From the NCBI GenBank assembly GCA_028068195.1, contig JAPTTX010000025.1:1799-65798 (forward strand): 64,000 bases of DNA. The letters run 5' to 3'. The notes under the pieces are model-generated. The model did no database searches, had not been told where the DNA came from, and saw only the letters and a program-made list of their open reading frames with translations. Positions 33,262 to 43,345 of this stretch are shown here, in pieces. This DNA is from Gammaproteobacteria bacterium (lineage in GTDB: Bacteria > Pseudomonadota > Gammaproteobacteria > Acidiferrobacterales > UBA6901). The first letter of the stretch is position 1, and every line of letters starts with the position of its first letter. Made by a program: the position numbers and the translations under genes.

Positions 33262-34749
33262 TTGATCTACCGCGACTTACGGCACTTCATTGCCCAGCTT
33301 GAAAGCCGCGGCGAGCTGAAGCGTATCGACGTCGAGGTCGATCCGCACCTGGAAATCACGGAGATCTGCGACCGGGTGCTGCGGGCGGCCGGTCCGGCGC
33401 TGCTGTTCGATCGCCCCAAGGGCCACACGACACCCGTTCTGGCCAATCTCTTCGGTACCCCGGAACGCGTGGCGCTTGCGATGGGGGCGGAATCGGTCGC
33501 GGCCCTGCGCGATGTGGGCCGGTTGCTGGCGTTCCTCAAGGAACCCGAGCCGCCCAAGGGATTTCGCGACCTGTGGGAGAAGCTGCCGACATTCAAGCAA
33601 GTGCTCAACATGCCGGCGCATGTGGTAAAGGATGCGCCCTGCCAGGAATGTGTGGTCGAGGCGGACGCCGTGGATCTGTCGCAGCTTCCAATACAGACCT
33701 GCTGGCCGGAGGATGCCGGTCCGCTGATTACCTGGGGGTTGACCGTAACGCGCGGGCCAAATAAAGAGCGGCAGAACCTGGGCGTGTACAGGCAACAGGT
33801 GATTGCGCACAACAAGGTGATCATGCGCTGGCTTGCGCACCGCGGCGGCGCGCTGGACTTCAGGGACTGGTGCCAAGCGCATTCCGGCGAGCGCTTTCCG
33901 GTTGCCGTGGCGCTCGGTGCCGACCCGGCAACGATCCTCGCGGCCGTGACGCCGGTGCCGGATACGCTTTCCGAGTACCAGTTTGCCGGGCTGCTGCGCG
34001 GAGCCAAAACCGACGTCGTGAAATGTCTGACCAACGACCTGCAGGTTCCTGCCACTGCGGAATTTGTACTCGAAGGGTTTATCGCGCCGCAGGAAGAGGC
34101 GCAAGAGGGTCCGTTCGGGGATCATACCGGCTACTACAACGAGGTTGAGCGCTTTCCGGTATTCACGGTCGAACGCATCACGCACCGGAGCAGTCCCATT
34201 TACCACAGCACCTATACCGGTCGCCCGCCCGACGAGCCGTCGATACTTGGGCTCGCGCTAAACGAGGTGTTCGTGCCGCTGCTGCAGAAGCAGTTTCCCG
34301 AAATCGTGGATTTTTACCTGCCACCTGAGGGCTGTTCCTATCGTCTGGCGGTAGTAAGCATCCGCAAGCAGTATCCCGGACACGCCAAGCGCATTCTGTT
34401 CGGTGTCTGGTCCTTCCTGCGCCAGTTCATGTACACGAAATTCGTCATTGTCACCGACGACGATATCAATGTACGTGACTGGAAGGACGTAGTCTGGGCT
34501 GTCACGACGCGGGTGGATCCGGCGCGCGACGCGGTTATCGTACAGAACACGCCCATTGACTACCTGGATTTCGCCAGCCCGGTAGCGGGTCTCGGGGCAA
34601 AGATGGGTCTGGACGCCACGAACAAATGGCGGCCGGAGACGTCCCGGGAATGGGGCCGGGCGATCTCCATGGCCGCGTCCGTGAAGGAGCGCGTCGACCT
34701 GATCTGGGAGCAGCTCGGCATCTCTTCGGCAACCAAGGATCGGACATGA
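33262..34749 (+). CDS. ubiD: 3-octaprenyl-4-hydroxybenzoate decarboxylase
   Basis: [38 protein letters not shown]. Confidence 0.96.
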   Translation: MIYRDLRHFIAQLESRGELKRIDVEVDPHLEITEICDRVLRAAGPALLFDRPKGHTTPVLANLFGTPERVALAMGAESVAALRDVGRLLAFLKEPEPPKGFRDLWEKLPTFKQVLNMPAHVVKDAPCQECVVEADAVDLSQLPIQTCWPEDAGPLITWGLTVTRGPNKERQNLGVYRQQVIAHNKVIMRWLAHRGGALDFRDWCQAHSGERFPVAVALGADPATILAAVTPVPDTLSEYQFAGLLRGAKTDVVKCLTNDLQVPATAEFVLEGFIAPQEEAQEGPFGDHTGYYNEVERFPVFTVERITHRSSPIYHSTYTGRPPDEPSILGLALNEVFVPLLQKQFPEIVDFYLPPEGCSYRLAVVSIRKQYPGHAKRILFGVWSFLRQFMYTKFVIVTDDDINVRDWKDVVWAVTTRVDPARDAVIVQNTPIDYLDFASPVAGLGAKMGLDATNKWRPETSREWGRAISMAASVKERVDLIWEQLGISSATKDRT

Positions 34750-34966
34750 GGTTGCGGGCCGATTGCCGGGGCGGCTGCTGGCAGTGCTTGGCTGGCGGTG
34801 CGATTGGGCAGACCACGGACGGCGGCATCGCGGCGTCTGGTACCGGCTCCCGAAAGGCAGGGAACGCGGGGTGCAACCACGGCGTTCCAGCGACTCCGGA
34901 TGGACCCAGGAGCGCGCGCTGGGCGTTCCGGCCGGCCGCGGTCGTGGATGGGGTTCGCCGCATCAC

Positions 34967-35632
34967 ATGAACCAGGCATTTCCGTGTTCGCCCGGACCGG
35001 TGATGATCCCCGGACCAGCGGGTCTGCTGGAAGCGCTGGTCGGGTGTCCGGACGCGCAATCGGAAAAACCGGTGCAGGCCGTCATCTGCCATCCGCACCC
35101 GCTGTACGGCGGCAGCATGCAGAACAAGGTTGTTCATACGCTTGCCCGCAGCTTCGCCGAGCTGGGCATGCGCACGTTGCGGTTCAATTTCCGGGGTGTC
35201 GGCCGTAGTGCCGGCAGCTACAATGGCGGCGACGGAGAGTCGGATGATCTTGCGGCCGTTGCCGGCTGGGCCCGGGACCGGTATCCGCAGGCTGAAACAT
35301 GGTTCGCGGGTTTTTCGTTCGGCGCCTACGTGGCGCTACGTGTGGCCGCACAGTGGCCGGTGTCCCGGGTGGTGCTGGTGGCCCCTCCGGTCAACCTGTA
35401 CGATTTCAGCGCCCTGCCTTCGCCGGGCCGTACGGCCATCGTGCTTCATGGCGACGAGGACGAAATCGTTCCCATACGTGGCGTGGAGGACTGGATCGCC
35501 AGCCTGCAGCCTCCGCCGGCGCTTCTCGTCATACACGGTGCCAGCCATTTCTTCCACCGGCGTCTTGGGGATCTGCGTGCGAGCCTGCAGGCTGCGATCA
35601 TGCCGGATCTTCACCGGGATGCCACTTCTTGA
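34967..35632 (+). CDS. Alpha/beta hydrolase
   Basis: CHPHPLYGGSMQNKVV, RFNFRGVG, GFSFG nucleophile elbow, HFF. Confidence 0.92.
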   Translation: MNQAFPCSPGPVMIPGPAGLLEALVGCPDAQSEKPVQAVICHPHPLYGGSMQNKVVHTLARSFAELGMRTLRFNFRGVGRSAGSYNGGDGESDDLAAVAGWARDRYPQAETWFAGFSFGAYVALRVAAQWPVSRVVLVAPPVNLYDFSALPSPGRTAIVLHGDEDEIVPIRGVEDWIASLQPPPALLVIHGASHFFHRRLGDLRASLQAAIMPDLHRDATS

Positions 35633-35803
35633 AAGGCGGATACCGTGCCATGGTAGCCACGCTGCCGCGCGAAGACAGGGGGAGTGCGGTTATAGGGCAG
35701 CGCCAGGTCCGCCGGTCGGGAGAAATCCTGCTTCAGGGGAGTCGCCGAACGTGGTTACCATAGCAGCGCGGCAGGTGGCAGATCAGGCCATTCGGGAAGA
35801 GCA

Positions 35804-36661
35804 ATGACCCATTCTGATGCGGCGGAACGCTATGCGGTGATGGGTAATCCCATCTCCCACAGCAGGTCGCCGGCCATTCACCGGATGTTCGCCGACCAGT
35901 TCAAGGATGACATCGATTACACGGCGATACAGGTTGGCCTGGACGGTTTTGCCGATGCGGTCCGACAGTTCCGTGCCAGTGGTGGTCGCGGACTGAACGT
36001 CACAGTTCCTTTCAAGCTCGAAGCATTCCATCTGGCTGACACGCGTACCGACCAGGCAGAGAAGGCGCAGGCAGCCAATACGCTTCGCTTCAGCCGTGAC
36101 GGAAGAATCGAGGCTCACAATACCGACGGGCTCGGACTGGTGCGCGATCTGGCCCGCCTTCTGGGCATCGAATGGCGTGATCGTGCAGCGGGGCTATTCG
36201 CTGGCAAGAGCATCCTGATTCTCGGCGCCGGCGGAGCCGTGCGCGGTGTATTGGCGCCGTTGCTGGAGTGCGCCCCTGCCATGGTCGTTATCGCCAATCG
36301 CACCATCGCCCGCGCACAGGAGCTGAAGCAGCTTGCCGGAACTCCGCTGGTCAGGGCCTGCGGCTTTGATGATCTTGCAGGGCAGCGCTTCGATATCGTG
36401 ATCAACGGCACCAGCGCGAGCCTCAAGGGCGAGGTGCTGCCGCTTCCTCGGGGGATATTCCGCGCCGGAGCGCTTGCCTATGACATGATGTACGGAAATC
36501 ATCCGACGCCGTTCATGGACTGGGCGCGGCAAAACCACGTGGTAACCGTCTCCGACGGTCTGGGCATGCTGGTGGAGCAGGCCGCGGAATCATATTATTT
36601 CTGGCGCGGGAAGCGCCCCGAAACCGCAGCGGTGATGGCAGCGCTGCGTGTCGGAGCCTAA
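35804..36661 (+). CDS. aroE: Shikimate dehydrogenase
   Basis: GNPISHSRSP, NVTVPFK, NTDG, GAGGA, DGLGMLVEQAA. Confidence 0.96.
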   Translation: MTHSDAAERYAVMGNPISHSRSPAIHRMFADQFKDDIDYTAIQVGLDGFADAVRQFRASGGRGLNVTVPFKLEAFHLADTRTDQAEKAQAANTLRFSRDGRIEAHNTDGLGLVRDLARLLGIEWRDRAAGLFAGKSILILGAGGAVRGVLAPLLECAPAMVVIANRTIARAQELKQLAGTPLVRACGFDDLAGQRFDIVINGTSASLKGEVLPLPRGIFRAGALAYDMMYGNHPTPFMDWARQNHVVTVSDGLGMLVEQAAESYYFWRGKRPETAAVMAALRVGA

Positions 36662-36716
36662 TGCGATAGCGTGCCGGAGTATCGCGCGCCCGTCCAGTTT
36701 CCGCGGGCCGTGCGTG

Positions 36717-37283
36717 TCATCGTCTTGGGCCGTAGTTGTCTTTGAGCTGGACATAGTGGGCCGCGGAGTAGTCAATCCAGGCAAGCTCGGGTTCAGTAAG
36801 CGGGCGGACCCGGCGCACCGGAGAACCCAACCACAGGTATCCGCCTTCCAGTTCGCGTCCTGGGGGCACCAGGCTGCGTGCCCCCAGAAGGACGCGGGAC
36901 CGGATCAATGCTCCATCCATCACCACAGATCCCATTCCGATCAGACACCGGTCTTCAATCATGCAGCCGTGCAGGATTGCCTGGTGACCCACGGTCACCT
37001 CGTTGCCGACGATCGTTGCGTTGCCGACGGGCAGAGCGGCATGTGCGTGGGTGACGTGGATGATGCTCCCGTCCTGGATATTGGTACGCGCACCGATGCG
37101 TATGCGGTTTACATCCCCGCGTATGACGCACAGCGGCCAGACCGAGCTGTCCGTGTCGACGGTGACATCCCCGATAAGCATCGCCGATTCGTCAACATAG
37201 GCGGACGCCGAGACGGCTGGCGTGATACCGAGATAGGCGCGTATGGTTATGGCTGCGCTCCTGCTGGACCGAACGCCGTGCAT
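36717..37283 (-). CDS. Gamma carbonic anhydrase family protein (YrdA-like)
   Basis: IGDV, RGDVN, NIQDGSIIH, TVGHQAILHGC hexapeptide repeats; start is ATG 37283 or possibly ATA 37250. Confidence 0.92.
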   Translation of the reverse strand: MHGVRSSRSAAITIRAYLGITPAVSASAYVDESAMLIGDVTVDTDSSVWPLCVIRGDVNRIRIGARTNIQDGSIIHVTHAHAALPVGNATIVGNEVTVGHQAILHGCMIEDRCLIGMGSVVMDGALIRSRVLLGARSLVPPGRELEGGYLWLGSPVRRVRPLTEPELAWIDYSAAHYVQLKDNYGPRR

Positions 37284-37506
37284 GACGGGACCGGCGCCAC
37301 ATTGTCGTGCTCGTAAGACGCGGCGAGCCCATAAGCGCGCGGTGGGGTCCGTGCGCGCCCAGGAATGTCGCCCCGGCAGACACTGATCCGGGGTGTCTTG
37401 GCTGCGGGCATAGCGTCTGGCTGGTCGCCGTTGCACATTCCGCCTCCTGCACACAGCGTATCGGGCTTTCCACAGGCGCCGAAGCCGCCGCGGAAGCGCT
37501 GTGTGC

Positions 37507-38490
37507 CTAGCCCCAGGTCAGGGGTGCCTCATCCATTGAAGCTTGTTGCTCCCGCAGCGTGAGCACATGTTCCTCCCAGTAGCGCGGCGTATTGAACCAT
37601 GGAAAACTCCGCGGAAATGCTGGGTCGTCCCAGCGACGCGCCAGCCAGGCACTGTAGTGCATGAGCCGCAGGGTACGCAGCGGTTCGATCAGGGCGAGTT
37701 CGGCTGCGTCGAAGTCCATGAAGCCGGTATATCCTTCTAGCACGTCGCCCAGCTGCTGTTGCATTGATTCCCGGTCCCCGGACAGCAACATCCACAGATC
37801 CTGGACCGCCGGACCGGAGCGCGAATCGTCGAAGTCGACAATGTGGGGGCCGGTTTCCGTCCATAGCAGATTGCCGAGATGGCAGTCGCCATGCAGCCGC
37901 AACGAGCGCATCGCGACCGCGTCCATAACTCCGGCAATGCGCTCGAGCAGCTGGGATGCGAGCGAGCGGTAGGCTTCAGCCAGATAATCCGGCAGGAAGC
38001 CGTGTTCGAGCAGGTAACGGACTGGTTCCCGGCCGAATGTCTCGACGTTCAGGCGTGGGCGGCTGTGGAAGCTGGCGCTGGCGCCGACCCGATGAAGCCG
38101 ACCCAGGAAGCGGCCAAGCATGCGCCGCTCCTCGCCTGAGCCAAGTTCCGATGCGCGTCCCGGTTGCCACGGAAATACCGCGTAGCGGAAGCCGGCGTAA
38201 CGCAGCAGGGTCGCGCCATCCGGTCCGGAAAGCGGTGCGACCACCGGGATTTCCTGCTCGGCAAGCTCGCGCGTAAAGGTATGCTCCTCGGCAATCTGGG
38301 CATCGTCCCAGCGGCCAGGTCGGTAGAATTTGACTGCAAGTGGGCCGCGAGTCTCAGTGTCGACCCGATAGACACGATTTTCATAGCTGTTTAGTGCCAG
38401 CAGGCCACCGGTACAACGTACTGGTAGACATTCAACGGCATCCAGGATGACTTCAGGCGTGAGCTTATCGTAGGGGTGGCCGTGGCTCAC
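37507..38490 (-). CDS. srkA: Stress response kinase A (SrkA/RdoA/YihE)
   Basis: LNSYENRVY, KFYRPGRW, LHGDCHLGN, DFDD, ARRWDDPAFP. Confidence 0.92.
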   Translation of the reverse strand: MSHGHPYDKLTPEVILDAVECLPVRCTGGLLALNSYENRVYRVDTETRGPLAVKFYRPGRWDDAQIAEEHTFTRELAEQEIPVVAPLSGPDGATLLRYAGFRYAVFPWQPGRASELGSGEERRMLGRFLGRLHRVGASASFHSRPRLNVETFGREPVRYLLEHGFLPDYLAEAYRSLASQLLERIAGVMDAVAMRSLRLHGDCHLGNLLWTETGPHIVDFDDSRSGPAVQDLWMLLSGDRESMQQQLGDVLEGYTGFMDFDAAELALIEPLRTLRLMHYSAWLARRWDDPAFPRSFPWFNTPRYWEEHVLTLREQQASMDEAPLTWG

Positions 38491-38576
38491 GTTGCGGATC
38501 CGCGCGTGGTTACTGTGACCAGCCGATACATGCTAGATTATGCCGCTCCGGCAAACATTCGTAGCGCTAACCTATC

Positions 38577-40637
38577 ATGACGCAAGTCGCAAGCGAAGCG
38601 GACAATCCCCTGCTTGATCTGGGCGGCCTGCCGCGTTTCTCCGAGATCCGGCCCGAACATGTGGAGCCGGCGCTCGATGCGATGCTCGCACGCAACCGTC
38701 AGGAGCGTGAGCAATTGCTGAATTCTGCGGGACCATTCAGCTGGGATGGCTTTGCCCGGCCCATGGAGGACATGGAGGAGCGGCTAAGCCGGCTCTGGTC
38801 ACCCGTGGCACACCTCAACGCGGTGATGAACAGCGAGCAGCTGCGCGCGGCCTACAACCGCTGCCTGCCCAAGCTCAGCGACTATCAGACTGAGCTTGGG
38901 CAGGACGAGCGTGTATACATCGCGTACAAGGGGATCGCTGCCGACCCGGTGTTTGCCGCTCTGAGCCCAGCCCAGCGCATGATCATCGAGCACACCCTGC
39001 GCGACTTCCGTCTGTCGGGCGCGGAGCTGGGCGCTGCCGACAAGAGCCGCTTCCGCGAGATCCAGCAGGAGCTCTCGACGCTGACCAGCCGGTTCGAGGA
39101 AAACGTGCTCGACGCGACCAACGGCTGGGAGCTCCTGATAACGGATGCGGGCGATCTAGAAGGATTGCCGGAGTCGGCGCGGGCCGCGGCACGCCAGGAT
39201 GCCGAGCGCGAGGGCAAATCCGGATGGAAATTCAGCCTGCATGGGCCATCGTATGCCGCCTTCATAACGTATTCCGGCAGGCGCGAACTGCGGCGGCGTA
39301 TTTACGAGGCCTATGTCACCCGCGCCAGTGACCAGGGTCCGCGGGCCGGATGCTGGGACAATGGCGCAATAATCGATCGCCTGCTTGCGCTGCGCGCCGA
39401 GGAGGCGCGGCTGCTGGGCTATCGCGACTACGCTTCGCTGTCGCTGGTCACGAAAATGGCGAAGAGCACCGACGAGGTGATGTTTTTCTTACGCGGACTG
39501 GCGGAACGTTCCCGGCCGGCTGCACTGCACGAGGTTGCAGAGCTGCGCGCCTTTGCGTCCTCCGAGTTCGGAGTTACGGACCTGGAGTCCTGGGACATCC
39601 CCTATTATTCCGAGAAGCTGCGTCAGCACCGATATGCCTTCAGTGATGAGGACCTGAGGCCTTACTTTCCGGCGCCGCAGGCCATCGCCGGCATGTTCGA
39701 CATCGTAAACCGGCTTTACGGGTTGGATATCCGCCAGATCGACAATCCCGACGTCTGGCATCCCGATGTGCGCTTCTACGAGATCCGGGATGAGCAAGGA
39801 GAGGTTCGGGGTCGTTTCTACATGGACCTCTATCCGAGGCCGGGAAAGCGTGGCGGTGCCTGGATGGATGACTGCATCAGCCGCAAGCGGACTGCCGCAG
39901 GGGTGCAGGTGCCGGTGGCCTACCTCGTGTGCAACCTGACGGCTCCCGTCGGTGATGATCCCGCGCTCCTTACCCACGATGAGGTAACAACGCTGTTCCA
40001 CGAGTTTGGACATGGCCTGCATCACATGCTGACCCGTGTCGATTACGTCGGAGTTTCCGGCATTAACGGTGTGCCCTGGGATGCTGTGGAACTCCCGAGC
40101 CAGTTTATGGAGAACTGGTGTTGGGAGCGACAGGCGCTGGATAGCCTGGCGCGTCATTATCGAACCGGGGAGCGGTTGCCGCAGGCCCTGTACGACAAGA
40201 TGATCGCAGCCAAAAACTTCCATTCGGGCATGCAGATGGTGCGGCAGCTGGAGTTTGCCCTGTTCGACATGCGCCTGCATGGTGGCTTCGTGCCGGGAGG
40301 GTCAGAATCAGTGCAGGAGCTTCTGAACGGAATTCGAAAGGAGGTCGCAGTCCTCTTTCCGCCCGCGTTCAGCAGGTTTCAGAACAGCTTTTCGCATATT
40401 TTCGCGGGAGGTTATGCGGCTGGATACTACAGCTACAAATGGGCAGAAGTCCTGTCGGCGGATGCCTTCAGCAAATTTGAGGAAAACGGAATCTTCGACC
40501 GTCACACTGGCGAGGATTTCCTGCACAACATTCTCGAACAGGGCGGAGCGTACGAACCCATGGAGCTGTTCATTCGGTTTCGAGGTCGCGAACCGAAGAT
40601 TGACGCGCTGTTGCGCCATTCCGGCCTGGCGAGCTGA
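38577..40637 (+). CDS. prlC: Oligopeptidase A (M3 peptidase)
   Basis: NPLL, KRGGAWM, FHEFGHGLH, GYYSYKWAE. Confidence 0.96.
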   Translation: MTQVASEADNPLLDLGGLPRFSEIRPEHVEPALDAMLARNRQEREQLLNSAGPFSWDGFARPMEDMEERLSRLWSPVAHLNAVMNSEQLRAAYNRCLPKLSDYQTELGQDERVYIAYKGIAADPVFAALSPAQRMIIEHTLRDFRLSGAELGAADKSRFREIQQELSTLTSRFEENVLDATNGWELLITDAGDLEGLPESARAAARQDAEREGKSGWKFSLHGPSYAAFITYSGRRELRRRIYEAYVTRASDQGPRAGCWDNGAIIDRLLALRAEEARLLGYRDYASLSLVTKMAKSTDEVMFFLRGLAERSRPAALHEVAELRAFASSEFGVTDLESWDIPYYSEKLRQHRYAFSDEDLRPYFPAPQAIAGMFDIVNRLYGLDIRQIDNPDVWHPDVRFYEIRDEQGEVRGRFYMDLYPRPGKRGGAWMDDCISRKRTAAGVQVPVAYLVCNLTAPVGDDPALLTHDEVTTLFHEFGHGLHHMLTRVDYVGVSGINGVPWDAVELPSQFMENWCWERQALDSLARHYRTGERLPQALYDKMIAAKNFHSGMQMVRQLEFALFDMRLHGGFVPGGSESVQELLNGIRKEVAVLFPPAFSRFQNSFSHIFAGGYAAGYYSYKWAEVLSADAFSKFEENGIFDRHTGEDFLHNILEQGGAYEPMELFIRFRGREPKIDALLRHSGLAS

Positions 40638-40916
40638 GGCTCGACGATGGTCTATATGCAGTTTTCGACCGCCGTCGCTACCGTGTTGCTGTGTTGATCC
40701 TCGGCCCGGACAGCTGGTCTTGCCAAGCGGCCACACGCTGCAGATACCGCCAGCCTGGGCGGCACCCTACCCCTGCACGCCGCCGGGCCCCGTATGCGGG
40801 CGTATCCTGGTGGCAATTTCAGCTGCTATGCTCACTATAGTGTTTCTCGCGGGCAGGCATCTGACTGCACAAAGCGAATCGCCGCATGCCGGGAGGGTGC
40901 ATCTGAGGATCAGAAC

Positions 40917-41405
40917 ATGAAATATGCCGCTATCGCGATATTTCTGGCCGCGTCCGTTGCAGCGGCTTCAGCCAGCCGTGCAGCCATATACCGATGGGTC
41001 GCCAAGGATGGGACTGTCACCTATCAGGATCAGCCGCCCCCGCCCGGCGCCAGCCAGGACGGGACCAGGATTCTGGATTTGATGCCGGCTGCGGCCGGGA
41101 AAAGCCCAAGGCCCGACACCAGAAGGCCCGTCGTACTCTACGCGGTCCCGCGCTGCGATTCCTGCGATCTGGTGCGTGCCTATCTCAAACGGCACAACGT
41201 TCCCTTCCGCGAAGTAAATGTTTCCACCAACTCGAAGGCCCAACTGCAGATGCGCAAGGCAGTGGGCGACCTGTCGGTACCAGCGGTGACGATCGGCTCC
41301 AAGGTCATTCAGGGATATATGCCGTCGCAGCTGTCGGGCGCGTTGATCCACGCCGGTTTCCTGGCTGCAAAAAAGGCGAGTGGTAGCGCATCGCCCGCAA
41401 ACTGA
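40917..41405 (+). CDS. Exported glutaredoxin-family protein with DUF4124-like N-terminal domain
   Basis: Signal peptide, IYRWVAKDGTVTYQDQPP, CDSC motif, VP cis-Pro motif. Confidence 0.8.
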   Translation: MKYAAIAIFLAASVAAASASRAAIYRWVAKDGTVTYQDQPPPPGASQDGTRILDLMPAAAGKSPRPDTRRPVVLYAVPRCDSCDLVRAYLKRHNVPFREVNVSTNSKAQLQMRKAVGDLSVPAVTIGSKVIQGYMPSQLSGALIHAGFLAAKKASGSASPAN

Positions 41406-41648
41406 ACGCTGTGGCGAAACCCATAGAGTCCGGATAGATCGGTCGAACAATTGAAGCAGCTTGAATAAGCGAACTAGAATGACAACCAGTGAGCGCCCAA
41501 GTTGTGCCGCCTTGCTGCAGGAGGTTACGTGTAATCAGATACAGCCTCCTAAAGGCGCGGACGCGCCGAGCTCTCAGCGCCGCCACGGCGTTGATGCCCG
41601 CGATGTCTTCTGCACTGACTCAAGCTGCGTGGGCAGGTAACAGTCATT

Positions 41649-41665
41649 TTTAAGATCGCCACCTG
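41649..41665 (+). repeat. attL (displaced xth 5' codons F-K-I-A-T)
   Basis: TTTAAGATCGCCACCTG vs attR TTCAAAATAGCCACCTG; differences only at third codon positions. Confidence 0.75.
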
Positions 41666-41784
41666 CGATCTCCACTGACGTTTCATGCTGTTTCAGGCCG
41701 TCCCAGCCCTTCTAGAAAACATCATAAAATAAGTAACTTATATTCCAGTGCGTACCATAGCGTTCTAGACAGTCCCGCCCAGCC

Positions 41785-41822
41785 GGGGGTATCCTTGGGG
41801 GTATCGAGGCGGAGATACCCCC
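41785..41822. repeat. Putative integrase arm-binding sites
   Basis: GGGGGTAT at 41785-41792 and 41797-41804, inverted ATACCCCC at 41815-41822. Confidence 0.7.
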
Positions 41823-41876
41823 ATGAAACACCCCTTGCTTGCGCTGGCTGCAAAAGAACGGCTTAACGACGATGCC

Positions 41877-43142
41877 ATGAGCCGCTCCCTGAATCCCGCG
41901 GCAGTTAAGAACCCCAAGCCCAACGAGGACAAGCCAAAGGATCGCCCCTACAAGATGGGCGACGGTGGCGGTTTGTTTCTGCAAGTAATTCCCGCTGCCG
42001 GGAAAGGTGAGAAGCCCCGGCGTCTGTGGCGCTACAAATACCGCATCGCCGGCCGGGAAGGTTTGTATGCCATCGGTGCGATGCCCGAGATCGGGCTGGC
42101 GGATGCCCGCCAGATCCACCGAGCGGCCCGCTGGCTGGTCGAGCGAGGCATCCATCCGGCGCAGTACGTCCGGGACGAACATGCCCGCCAAGAGGCCGAG
42201 GAAGCGAAGGCCCGCGCCGGCACATTCGGGAGCGTGTGCGAGGCGTGGTTGGTGCGTGACGAGAATAAGCTTGCCGAGGGAACCATGACGCAACGGCGCC
42301 GGGAGCTGAATAACGACGTGCTGCCGGTCCTGAAACATCGGCTGCTTGGCGATATCCGCAAGCAGGAGCTGGCGGACCTGCTCCGCAGGATCGAGGCCCG
42401 CGCGCCGGAAGTAGCCCGGAACGTGAGACAGCATCTGGTCGGGATCTTCGACTACGCCGAGGGCGCGGGGCTCGTCAGCGGGTCACCCGTACCCAGCGCA
42501 AAGGTATTGAAGCCCCGGAACCAGAAGCCCCATGCGGCGCTTCGGGCCGAACGTGTGGGCGAGTTCCTGCGTGCTGTGGAAGGTTCGGGTGCCAACTTGC
42601 AGACCCGCATCGCCGTGCGGCTGCTGTTGCTGACCGCCGTGCGGAAAGTCGAATTGCTGGGTGCGGCTTGGGACGAGTTCGACCTGGATAACGCCGAGTG
42701 GACCATCCCGGCCCAGCGCATGAAGATGCGGAAGCCGCATTGGGTGCCGCTATCCGGACAGGCCGTGAAACGGCTCAAGGAGCTTCGCAAGCACTCGCAC
42801 GGCGAACTGTTGTTTCCGAATGTCCGCAGTCCGCGCCGCCCGATGTCTGGAAACAGCATTAACGCGCTGCTGCGCCGGCTAAACTATCTCGACGAGACCA
42901 AGCCACATGGCATCCGCGCCCTGTTCAGTACCTATGCGAACAGTGTGAACTGGAATCCCGATGTGATCGAGAAGTGCCTGGCGCACGCGCACAAGGATGC
43001 GATCCGCGCCAAATACAACCGGCACGGGTACCAGAAGGAACAGCGGGACGTCTTGCAGAAATGGGCAGATCAGGTTGACCGCTGGTATTGGAACCAGAAA
43101 GCCAACGTGATGCCGATCCGCGGCAAGAGCAAGAAGGCATGA
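41877..43142 (+). CDS. Tyrosine recombinase, P4-like integrase with N-terminal arm-binding domain
   Basis: DGGGLFLQV...WRYKYR arm domain; catalytic R (VRKVE), K (MK), HGIR, H (LAH), Y (KYNR); ORF extends to 41823. Confidence 0.95.
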   Translation: MSRSLNPAAVKNPKPNEDKPKDRPYKMGDGGGLFLQVIPAAGKGEKPRRLWRYKYRIAGREGLYAIGAMPEIGLADARQIHRAARWLVERGIHPAQYVRDEHARQEAEEAKARAGTFGSVCEAWLVRDENKLAEGTMTQRRRELNNDVLPVLKHRLLGDIRKQELADLLRRIEARAPEVARNVRQHLVGIFDYAEGAGLVSGSPVPSAKVLKPRNQKPHAALRAERVGEFLRAVEGSGANLQTRIAVRLLLLTAVRKVELLGAAWDEFDLDNAEWTIPAQRMKMRKPHWVPLSGQAVKRLKELRKHSHGELLFPNVRSPRRPMSGNSINALLRRLNYLDETKPHGIRALFSTYANSVNWNPDVIEKCLAHAHKDAIRAKYNRHGYQKEQRDVLQKWADQVDRWYWNQKANVMPIRGKSKKA

Positions 43143-43345
43143 CCGGCCCGGACGGTTTCCGGGAAAGCGGCGTTACTAGGTGTGTCAACACCTCATAACC
43201 CATGACCGCAATCTAATCGTGAGGACCACTTGCTGCGGGTCGGCCCGCTTTCTGCTAATTTCTTCACGCGGAGGACATCAATACAATAACCACCGACCGA
43301 TGCCCTGCTGGCCAATAAGAATGCATACCAAGAAGGAGGCAAGAA

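Noticed and set aside
41406-41720. tRNA/tmRNA gene as the integrase target
   Set aside because: No cloverleaf, TTCGA T-loop with CCA end or tmRNA termini visible at either island end; the repeat maps to xth instead
41712-42434. 240-aa minus-strand ORF overlapping the integrase
   Set aside because: Antisense shadow of int, no independent motifs
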